Source: Candidatus Saganbacteria bacterium | GTDB lineage: Bacteria > Margulisbacteria > WOR-1 > JAKLHX01 | Reading direction: 5' to 3' | DNA length: 32,000 nt | Assembly: GCA_026387835.1 (NCBI GenBank) | Contig: JAPLKZ010000010.1 | Span: 60,001 to 92,000, forward strand | Part shown: positions 25,103 through 32,000 of the stretch, one piece after another | Layout: each line of letters begins with the position of its first letter | Numbering within the stretch: the stretch's first letter is position 1 | The notes under the pieces: generated by a model | Told to the model about the DNA's origin: nothing | The model's input: the letters and a program-made list of their open reading frames with translations, nothing else | Database searches by the model: none | Made by a program: the position numbers and the translations under genes

Positions 25103-26254
25103 CTAAAAGAACGGATCAACAGACTGAGTGAGTTCGATATCCTCCATTTTTATCCTGCCCGCCATAAGATCATCGAGAAGGTTGTTCGCATTTTCGCGAA
25201 GGCATGTGTGATCCCTGCACATATATAAAGAGGTGAAAGCCATCTGCCTTCTAACCCTGTCTACACTGTGCCAGACCCGTTCAAATGTGTGAGAATCGTC
25301 GAGCTGGCCGATAACAGCCTGGTTCACCCCGCGGTAATCAGTACATGAATACAGCGTGCCGTTAGCTCCCACAAGGACTTTAAGAAGACTCGACGGGCAC
25401 ACCGTAAATTGACGGGGGACATGCCCGATATTTTCAAAGACCCCGGCTTTTCCGAGTTTCATCGGCGACCAGTCAGAGCCCGTTACGCGTGCGATCTCCG
25501 CTTCTTCCTCTCCGGAGAGAGGGAACATGGATTTGGAGGCAGGGTCCCTTGCGGGGATCAGTAGATGGCTTGCAACGCCGGCCTGTTTAAGGGCTGAAGC
25601 AAGCGGCGCGATGTCGAACACATTGTTCTGCGTATGTATCCTTTCTTCCGCGGACCTGCAAAATATCACGGTCGACACAAGTATCCTTATCCCCCTGGAA
25701 GACAAAAGGGAAAAATTATCAATAAGTTTCTGAAACGGCACATCGCCGTTCGTATGCTTAATATATTTGTCTCCATACTGGTTCATTGAGACTCTTATCG
25801 AAGAACCGGCGACCTGCTGAACTGCTACAAGGGCATCGATATGCTTATCAAGCGTGCTTCCGTTGCTGACCAGGGATATTGCTATCCCGAGCTTTGCCGC
25901 GTGCATGCAAAAATCATCAAAATATTCATATAAAGGCACTTCTCCTCCCATTATCATAAAACCTTCGATTCCAAACCTGGAGGCGTAATCCAGCAGGTCG
26001 CTTGCTATGTTCCACGGCATGCTTATTTCATCTCTTCTGAACGCGACATTGGAATCGACGCAACCCACGCATTTATAATTACAACGCCACGTCAGATCGG
26101 CTGTCATGAATATCGGCGGTATTTTCGCCAGTTTCCCCACATCCATCCCTGAATTTGCCAGAGCGGCAATTCTTGCAGAATGACGTCGAGAGAATATGTG
26201 CCTGCTTTCATAAGAAGCCGGGATTATCTTAGGTAAAATTGATGTTTTATTCAT
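25103..26254 (-). CDS. radical SAM protein with Cys-containing C-terminal (SPASM/twitch-like) extension
   Basis: 383 aa. The CX3CX2C triad lies in DLTWRCNYKCVGCVD (complement of 26060-26083). It also has GGEVPLY and the C-terminal cysteines CPSS...SCTDYRG...YMCRDHTC. The alternative start M37 cannot be excluded. Confidence 0.8.
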   Translation of the reverse strand: MNKTSILPKIIPASYESRHIFSRRHSARIAALANSGMDVGKLAKIPPIFMTADLTWRCNYKCVGCVDSNVAFRRDEISMPWNIASDLLDYASRFGIEGFMIMGGEVPLYEYFDDFCMHAAKLGIAISLVSNGSTLDKHIDALVAVQQVAGSSIRVSMNQYGDKYIKHTNGDVPFQKLIDNFSLLSSRGIRILVSTVIFCRSAEERIHTQNNVFDIAPLASALKQAGVASHLLIPARDPASKSMFPLSGEEEAEIARVTGSDWSPMKLGKAGVFENIGHVPRQFTVCPSSLLKVLVGANGTLYSCTDYRGVNQAVIGQLDDSHTFERVWHSVDRVRRQMAFTSLYMCRDHTCLRENANNLLDDLMAGRIKMEDIELTQSVDPFF

Positions 26255-26315
26255 GTGTTTGCATTCCTAATTGTTATCGAACACGTTTTTGGGAAATTTC
26301 ATTAAATCGTTCCGT

Positions 26316-26343
26316 TTGACAATTACCCGGGTTAATATATAAT
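26316..26343 (+). promoter_or_regulatory. consensus sigma-70 promoter TTGACA-16-TATAAT upstream of the kinase/receiver operon
   Basis: TTGACA at 26316-26321, a 16-nt spacer, TATAAT at 26338-26343, lying 22 nt before the ATG at 26366. Confidence 0.55.
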
Positions 26344-26365
26344 AATTTAAGAAGAAAAATTAAAA

Positions 26366-27187
26366 ATGCCCACAGAAATTGAAATAAATGCGGAAAATAC
26401 CGCAGGTTGTTTTCAGGCTGACAACCAATACCAGATGATCCAGGCCGAAAAGATGGACATTATCGGCAAGCTGGCAGGTAATGTCGCGCATGAGGTTAAA
26501 AATCCCCTTGAGATCGTGATGCTGGGCATCGAGTATCTGCAGAAAGTGATGAAAAATGACGGGCCTAAAAATCTGGGCATATTAAATAAAATGAAGGACG
26601 CTGTGCTCAGGGTGGATTCTTCCGTGCGCAACCTTCTTGATTTCTCAAGGATAACAAATGTGGATTTTATGGACTGCAATATCGAAAACATCATTGAAGC
26701 CTCCCTCGATCTGGTCAGCAAGCAGTTGTCTTTGAATAACATAGTTTTGGTCAAAGAATTCAAATGCAAGCATCCGGTCGTAAGGGCGGATGAGAACCGT
26801 CTGAAGCAGGTCTTTATCACGCTTTTTTTGAATTCGATCAATGTCATGTCTGGGGGCGGTACTTTGTCGGTAAGGATCAGGAATAGTAAGTTCGGCGATA
26901 TCAAACATGAGACCATTGAAAAAGCGGCGCGGCTTTTTGACCCCGAAAAGACCGCCGTTGTCTGCGAAGTGGAAGATACCGGCAAAGGGATACCGCAGGA
27001 TAAATTAGGCAGGGTGTTCGATCCTTTCTTCTCGAATAAACACCTTGATGAAGGTTTAAGCCTGGGGACCGCAAAATGCATCGTTGACGGCCACGGCGGC
27101 TTGATCGGCCTGGAAACCGAAGAGGGCAAGGGAACGAAACTGACGATCGTCCTTCCCGCACATCTAGGTTCAAAAAATACAGTCTGA
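26366..27187 (+). CDS. soluble histidine kinase (HisKA + HATPase_c only, no recognisable sensor domain)
   Basis: 273 aa. The H-box is GKLAGNVAHEVKNPLE. The N box is FLNSINVM, G1 is EDTGKGI, and the G2-like motif is GLSLGTAKCIVDGHGG. No TM segment is present. Confidence 0.85.
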   Translation: MPTEIEINAENTAGCFQADNQYQMIQAEKMDIIGKLAGNVAHEVKNPLEIVMLGIEYLQKVMKNDGPKNLGILNKMKDAVLRVDSSVRNLLDFSRITNVDFMDCNIENIIEASLDLVSKQLSLNNIVLVKEFKCKHPVVRADENRLKQVFITLFLNSINVMSGGGTLSVRIRNSKFGDIKHETIEKAARLFDPEKTAVVCEVEDTGKGIPQDKLGRVFDPFFSNKHLDEGLSLGTAKCIVDGHGGLIGLETEEGKGTKLTIVLPAHLGSKNTV

Positions 27188-27200
27188 AAAGGAGGAAGAC

Positions 27201-27599
27201 ATGAAAGCAATAAAGTTATTGTTTGTCGATGACGAGGTGGCGCTAGTCCAGATGATAAAGATTAATCTCGAGGCAATCAAGAAATATAAAGTAAAAACGG
27301 AATCCAACAGCCAGAATGCCCTGTCGGCGGCAAAAAGGTTCAAACCTGATTTTATTTTTCTGGATATAATGATGCCTGTTCTTGACGGCTACGGGGTGCT
27401 TAAACTTTTAAAAGAGGACCGCGAGACCCGGTCGATCCCCGTTATCATGCTTTCAGCCGTCACTACCGACGATGCCAAGATCAGATCTGCAGGCCTTTTT
27501 GACGAATATTATCTTGAGAAACCGGTCTCCACAGAGACGATAGAAGCCGTGATCGAAAAGATAATGAGCAGAAAATCGGGATCGGCAAATAAGCCCTGA
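27201..27599 (+). CDS. stand-alone response-regulator receiver (CheY-like)
   Basis: 132 aa with AAGGAGG 7 nt upstream. Contains LLFVDDE, the phospho-acceptor context DFIFLDIMMPVLDG, VIMLSA and LEKP. No output domain is present. Confidence 0.9.
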   Translation: MKAIKLLFVDDEVALVQMIKINLEAIKKYKVKTESNSQNALSAAKRFKPDFIFLDIMMPVLDGYGVLKLLKEDRETRSIPVIMLSAVTTDDAKIRSAGLFDEYYLEKPVSTETIEAVIEKIMSRKSGSANKP

Positions 27600-27645
27600 A
27601 AATAATCCGTCGCATTAGGGCGATTATTCGTTGTTCTTCTTTTGT

Positions 27646-27673
27646 TTCAACACCCCCATGTTTGTTGTATAAT
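27646..27673 (+). promoter_or_regulatory. candidate sigma-70 promoter TTCAAC-16-TATAAT
   Basis: TTCAAC at 27646-27651 and TATAAT at 27668-27673, followed by AAGGAGG at 27680-27686 and the ATG at 27696. Confidence 0.4.
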
Positions 27674-27695
27674 ATCCTCAAGGAGGATCTAAATA

Positions 27696-28250
27696 ATGAA
27701 ATTCTTGAAATGGCTTTTTATCGATCTTGCTGTTATCGTCCTCGCTGTTCTGGCATTTCTTTATTATATGGGGGCTTTCAGTGACCCGATAATATCGCAA
27801 CGGGAGTTCGGTCCGTACACGTTCGTTTACGAAAACTTTATAGGACCTTACAACCAGGCCGGTAAAGTAATAGATAAACTCTGTTGGTCGCTGAAGCTGG
27901 ACGGGTTCAGTACCGTGAACGCTATCGGCATCTATTATGACGATCCGTCAAAGGTCAGCAAGGATAAGTTAAGGAGCAATTTGGGCTGCGTGCTGGAAGC
28001 CAAGGATATCAAGAGGTTCATTCCGTTAAAGAAAAAATATAAGACCTGGACCATTAAGAAAAAACAATGCGTCATCGCGGAATTCCCGTTCAAGAATTTT
28101 CTTTCATATATGATCGCTCCCATGAAAGCCTATCCCGTTCTGATGAAATATGTCTCGGCAGAAGGATATAAACCCTCGGCTCCTATCGAGTTCTATGATA
28201 TGAAGAACGGAAAGATACTCTTTATTATGGAGTCAATAAAGCGGAAATAA
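27696..28250 (+). CDS. membrane-anchored GyrI-like / SOUL-type small-molecule-binding domain protein
   Basis: 184 aa with an N-terminal TM helix (WLFIDLAVIVLAVLAFLYYMGAF). It then shows the GyrI-like pattern YENFIGPYNQAGKVIDKL...AIGIYYDDPSKVSKDKLRSNLGCVL...PIEFYD. Confidence 0.55.
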   Translation: MKFLKWLFIDLAVIVLAVLAFLYYMGAFSDPIISQREFGPYTFVYENFIGPYNQAGKVIDKLCWSLKLDGFSTVNAIGIYYDDPSKVSKDKLRSNLGCVLEAKDIKRFIPLKKKYKTWTIKKKQCVIAEFPFKNFLSYMIAPMKAYPVLMKYVSAEGYKPSAPIEFYDMKNGKILFIMESIKRK

Positions 28251-28263
28251 AAAAGGTTTTTCT

Positions 28264-28292
28264 TTGCAAATCCTTGACATATTCTGTATAAT
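28264..28292 (+). promoter_or_regulatory. candidate sigma-70 promoter TTGCAA-17-TATAAT
   Basis: TTGCAA at 28264-28269 and TATAAT at 28287-28292. An SD (AAGGAG) and the ATG at 28329 follow. Confidence 0.4.
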
Positions 28293-28328
28293 CATTGAAA
28301 AGCCCGGTATTTTTGAAAGGAGAATCAT

Positions 28329-29195
28329 ATGAAGATAGGTTCAAGGGAAGTTTTTGACTGCCTCGAAGTAGCTTTTGACCTGAAGAAAGTCCTGTTCGTG
28401 TTCCTGGGAGCCGCGGCCGCGTTCCTTGGCGCCATGCTTTTGTTGTGGCTTGGCAATATCCCGAAGAATTTCGCCCTGGCGGTCATTCTGCAGGTCATCG
28501 CCGCCATATATTTTTACATTGTTATGATCGGTGTTTGCGGCGGGACAAGCATTATGGTTTATAAGGAGCTCACGACCGGCGAGAAACTTTCCGTTAAGGA
28601 CGCGATGTCCTTTTCAACTAAAAATCTTTTGGCGCTGGCCCTGTCCCCTGTCGTCTGGCTCGCCGTTTCCGCAGTGGTCCTGCTGGCCGAATATGCGGTA
28701 TTCATGATCGGTAAATTCAGCGCGGGCCAGATAATCCTGTCACTTTTGACCGTTCCTGTCATTTTATTGAACGCTTTCCTGCTCCTGTTCCTGCTGTTCG
28801 GCACATTGCTGCTTTTTGAAATAATCGCGGTCGACGGCGCGTCGGCTCTTTCCGCTGTCGGGAAGCTATACGCCCTTACAAAAAAAGCGCCTCTCCAGAT
28901 ACTGATGTGCCTGGTACCGGTATCGATAGTCGGGGTGCTGGCAGGCGCTTTCGCATTCACCATATTTCTCGGGTCGAATATCATAAGCCTCGTTATTTTC
29001 GGTTCGGCATCCGGACTTTTTGCCGCGATGGCCGCGGTAGAGATACCGTCCTTTTCCCCCGCGACACAGGCGGCATGGGCCATCTTCTCATTTTTTGTCT
29101 CGATACTGTCCGGACTGATCATCTCTTATCTTTTTGTATTCCTTAAGACTTCCTGCGTTTCTATCTACATGAGCGTGAAAGAGCGTATCAAGTAG
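28329..29195 (+). CDS. polytopic integral membrane protein, unknown function
   Basis: 288 aa with a strong SD. It has about 6-7 hydrophobic helices rich in Leu, Ala, Val, Ile and Phe. I recognise no family motif. Confidence 0.65.
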   Translation: MKIGSREVFDCLEVAFDLKKVLFVFLGAAAAFLGAMLLLWLGNIPKNFALAVILQVIAAIYFYIVMIGVCGGTSIMVYKELTTGEKLSVKDAMSFSTKNLLALALSPVVWLAVSAVVLLAEYAVFMIGKFSAGQIILSLLTVPVILLNAFLLLFLLFGTLLLFEIIAVDGASALSAVGKLYALTKKAPLQILMCLVPVSIVGVLAGAFAFTIFLGSNIISLVIFGSASGLFAAMAAVEIPSFSPATQAAWAIFSFFVSILSGLIISYLFVFLKTSCVSIYMSVKERIK

Positions 29196-29203
29196 TAGCG
29201 GAT

Positions 29204-29276
29204 GCGCTCGTAGCTTAACGGATAAAGCGTTCGCCTACGAAGCGAAAGATTGAGAGTTCAATTCTCTCCGAGCGCA
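29204..29276 (+). tRNA. tRNA-Arg (anticodon ACG)
   Basis: Acceptor stem GCGCTCG / CGAGCGC with discriminator A. The anticodon arm is TTCGC-CTACGAA-GCGAA. The T arm is GAGAG-TTCAATT-CTCTC. It starts 8 nt after the stop of the preceding gene. Confidence 0.92.
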
Positions 29277-29298
29277 GTTTTTATATTTTGTGATGCCG

Positions 29299-30468
29299 CT
29301 ATTTTGGATTTTGTTTGAGTGGTTTGAGTGTCGGATAAAAAGGTTCGATATCTTCTTCTTCCCCGGCCGGCTCGATCTGCTTCAATTTCAAAACAGGGGG
29401 TTCGACGACATGAGTTTCGGGCTTTGGCTCAGGCGAAAATCCTATAGAAAAGTAATGCGTCGTGTTGTCCGAAATATCCCCGTACCTGTGATAAGCGTAA
29501 TCGAACGAGAAAGGCGCTAATTTGAATCCCACGCCGAACGTCATGTTCGTCTCTGTACCCATTCCGGACGTGTCCGCAGCGGCCTGCTGGTCAAGCCCTG
29601 CTCTTATCGCGAGGTATTTGTTCATCTTCCATTCAAGCCCGGTATGGAAAAGCGCCGGATAATTGTCCTGGTCCATGTTCTTTTCCGCGTCAAGAAGCAC
29701 CGTAAGGTCCCACGTTGAATATTTTTTTATCGCGCTCTCTCCCAGCACGCGCACTGCAAGACCTCCTTTAAAGTACGCCGGTATCCCTTCGGCGACCCCG
29801 TTCTTTTTCCAGATAAATCTGCCCCCCATGCTGGAAGGGATCACATTTGTCACAACTAAACCTATATCAAGCCATTTTCGCGCCTTCAGCTTGAGGCCGA
29901 TATCCATATCGAGGCCCGTGCCGCTGGCCCCGTCAAGCGCTCCGGACGACTGTGAAAAATACTGGGTAAAATATTTGAGGGTCGCTCCGAAAGAGACGTT
30001 CTTTAATTTTTCGCTCCTGAAAAGCGAGCTCAGTCTGTTGGCGTATGACAGAAGGAATACGTTCGATGAAAAATCTGTCGTCGAATAGACCTCGGGCCTG
30101 TCGACCCCGCCCGAACTTGTCCATCTTGTGAGAGGGATCGAGCTTATCCCCGAAGACACAAAGCCCGCTCCGAGATATCCTGCCGGGACCGGTATCGCAC
30201 AGCCGATGACAGTATAATTCACATCACCTATCAACGCGGCACGCATCGAAGTAAAATCAAAACCTTTGATCTGGGTCAGGCCGGAGGGGTTTAAAAATAT
30301 CGCGGCCGCGTCATCCGCAAGACCGATGTATGCTTTGCCCATCGCAAGCGACCTCGCGCCCACGCCGATTATTGAAGGGTCCACCATCGAAGCCGCAAGC
30401 GCAGGGCCCGTGGCAAGCATCATAAAAAGGACGGCTGCCGCCGCTGAATTTTTTAAAGATATTCTCAC
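29299..30468 (-). CDS. outer-membrane beta-barrel protein, PorV/PorQ (UPF0164)-like, with Pro/Glu-rich C-terminal tail
   Basis: 389 aa with a signal peptide ending GPALA/AS. The motif ARSLAMGKAYIGLADDAAAIFLNPSGLT is paralogous to the one in 9873-10769. Confidence 0.7.
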   Translation of the reverse strand: MRISLKNSAAAAVLFMMLATGPALAASMVDPSIIGVGARSLAMGKAYIGLADDAAAIFLNPSGLTQIKGFDFTSMRAALIGDVNYTVIGCAIPVPAGYLGAGFVSSGISSIPLTRWTSSGGVDRPEVYSTTDFSSNVFLLSYANRLSSLFRSEKLKNVSFGATLKYFTQYFSQSSGALDGASGTGLDMDIGLKLKARKWLDIGLVVTNVIPSSMGGRFIWKKNGVAEGIPAYFKGGLAVRVLGESAIKKYSTWDLTVLLDAEKNMDQDNYPALFHTGLEWKMNKYLAIRAGLDQQAAADTSGMGTETNMTFGVGFKLAPFSFDYAYHRYGDISDNTTHYFSIGFSPEPKPETHVVEPPVLKLKQIEPAGEEEDIEPFYPTLKPLKQNPK

Positions 30469-30623
30469 AAGATATATTGTAGTCTTTCAGTTCCATATAA
30501 GTCAAGATAAACCTGCCGGGACGCGGTTTTCAATAAAAAGCTTTCCAAAAAATATCAGGCGTTATATAATAAAATAACTGAAATTTTGGAAAAATACAGC
30601 GGATAGTTAATGGGGAGAAAAAT

Positions 30624-31991
30624 ATGGGCATGACCGCCGGTCAAAACATGTTCTTGGATATTTCACTGAATATAAATCTGATGCTGAACCCCCGCATGCT
30701 GCAGATGCTGAACGTTCTGAACCTTCCGTATGCCGAGCTCGTAGAAAAGATCAAAACGGAAGCCGAAGAAAATCCGCTTATCGAAATCGAACGCAGGGAC
30801 GCGATGATAGAATACCTGAGATACCACAGCAGCACGCCCCTGAAAGAGACCCCTTCCGGCCTTCCGGAAGAAGGAAGCGAGGCCGGTTTTGAGCATTACA
30901 TACAAAAGGGCGTCGAACTTGTGCCCCATCTCATGTCGCAGGCCGGACTGCTCGATATTTCCGAAAAGGAAAAAGAGATCGTGACCGAACTTATAAAGCA
31001 TCTCGACATCAACGGCTATATCAGGGACTGGGAAAGCGTTTCACCGGCCGTTATGAGCGCTCTCGGCGCCGCGGAAAAAGAGATCGAAGAAGCGCTCGGC
31101 CTTTTGCAAGGCCTTGAGCCTGACGGCATCGGCGCGAGAGACCTGAAAGAATGCCTTCTGATCCAGATCAGCGAATATGATTTTGAAGACGAGACCCTGG
31201 TAAAGCTGCTTAAGAAAGCCGTTTCCTCCCATCTGGACGAGATCGCTTCCAGAGACCTGGCCGCTATCTCAAAGTCGCTTGACATAACCGAAGAAGGGGC
31301 GCTCCAGATATGCGATTTCATAAAGAACAACCTGACCCCTTATCCTGGAGCCGCGTTCTCTTCATCCGCGACCCCGGCCATTCCGTCATTTTCCGTAAAA
31401 AAAGAAGGGCCGGAAATAAAACTGGTGAACCTTGAGACCAGATACGGGCCTGTCATCAAGCTGAGCCCTCAGTACCTGAAGATGCTTAAGGACCCCGGGA
31501 CCGACGCGGCGACCGTCTCGTTCATCAAGGAAAAGATAGACAAGGCCAACGAGCTCATCGAGCAGCTTGCAAAGCGCGGCGAAACGCTTGAAAAGATCGC
31601 TGTAGAGATCACCGAAAAACAAAAGGATTATCTTTTCGGAAAGTCCGCTCACCCGGCCCCTCTGCTTCAAAAAAGCATCTCGGCAAAGTTCGGCATCCAT
31701 CCCTCGACCGTCAGCAGGGCCGTTTCCGAAAAATATATCGAGACGCCGAAAGGCGTGATCAGCCTTAAGTCCCTTTGCCCGAAAGAGATACTGGGGACGA
31801 CCACCAATTCTCTCAGGGAAAAGGTACTTCAATTGATCTCAGCAGAGGACAATAAGGCCCCGTTGTCGGACTCCGACATACAAAGGCTGCTTTCAGCCCG
31901 GGGCTTTGACATAAAAAGAAGGACCGTGACCGATTACAGGAAAAAACTTTCCATCGGCACGGTCGCAGAGCGTAAGAAAGGCAAGCCGTGA
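30624..31991 (+). CDS. rpoN: RNA polymerase sigma-54 factor
   Basis: 455 aa with GGGGAG 7 nt upstream. Region I reads LNPRMLQMLNVLNLPYAELVEKIKTEAEENPLIE. The C-terminal HTH and RpoN-box-like sequence is GIHPSTVSRAV...RRTVTDYRKKL. Confidence 0.9.
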   Translation: MGMTAGQNMFLDISLNINLMLNPRMLQMLNVLNLPYAELVEKIKTEAEENPLIEIERRDAMIEYLRYHSSTPLKETPSGLPEEGSEAGFEHYIQKGVELVPHLMSQAGLLDISEKEKEIVTELIKHLDINGYIRDWESVSPAVMSALGAAEKEIEEALGLLQGLEPDGIGARDLKECLLIQISEYDFEDETLVKLLKKAVSSHLDEIASRDLAAISKSLDITEEGALQICDFIKNNLTPYPGAAFSSSATPAIPSFSVKKEGPEIKLVNLETRYGPVIKLSPQYLKMLKDPGTDAATVSFIKEKIDKANELIEQLAKRGETLEKIAVEITEKQKDYLFGKSAHPAPLLQKSISAKFGIHPSTVSRAVSEKYIETPKGVISLKSLCPKEILGTTTNSLREKVLQLISAEDNKAPLSDSDIQRLLSARGFDIKRRTVTDYRKKLSIGTVAERKKGKP

Positions 31992-32000
31992 ACAAGCCTA

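Noticed and set aside
26413-27210. 265-aa ORF antisense to the histidine kinase
   Set aside because: The plus-strand frame contains complete H, N, G1 and G2 boxes. The antisense product is Ser, Phe and Leu-rich with no motif.

Overview
Hand annotation only. No database or structure searches were possible, so family calls rest on motifs I recognise in the translated ORFs. The window looks like a chromosomal segment of a diderm bacterium that encodes sigma-54 and uses AAGGAGG-type Shine-Dalgarno sites. The lineage cannot be assigned from the sequence alone.

About two thirds of the window is ordinary housekeeping:
- GAF-ANTAR regulator and gdhA
- a TIGR03960/TIGR03936 radical-SAM pair
- trpC-trpF, and a separate trpA
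- rsmH-ftsL
- gltX
- speH-speB
- rpsA, pyrF and rimO
- rpoN
- two tRNAs: Ser-GCU and Arg-ACG

Two stretches look accessory.

1. 12.3-15.4 kb. Three same-strand genes: an LmbE/PIG-L-type deacetylase domain behind an unrecognisable N-terminal extension of about 210 aa, a NagB-family deaminase/isomerase, and an unknown 230-aa protein.
2. 21.2-27.6 kb, starting at tRNA-Ser. It contains an unusual AGCGA-rich, terminator-bounded non-coding stretch. A 9-repeat ankyrin gene carrying an internal A17 tract is bracketed by 162-bp direct repeats, and these repeats contain tRNA-Ser 3'-end-like sequence. Next comes a convergent pair of radical-SAM enzymes, one B12-domain type with a non-canonical CX4CX2C motif and one with a Cys-rich C-terminus. 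A minimal histidine kinase / receiver pair follows.

I see no CRISPR array, integrase, transposase, toxin-antitoxin pair or known defence gene. The best candidates for something undescribed are the tRNA-Ser-linked repeat/ankyrin/radical-SAM segment and the LmbE-NagB-unknown cluster. Both remain hypotheses that need homology and comparative checks.
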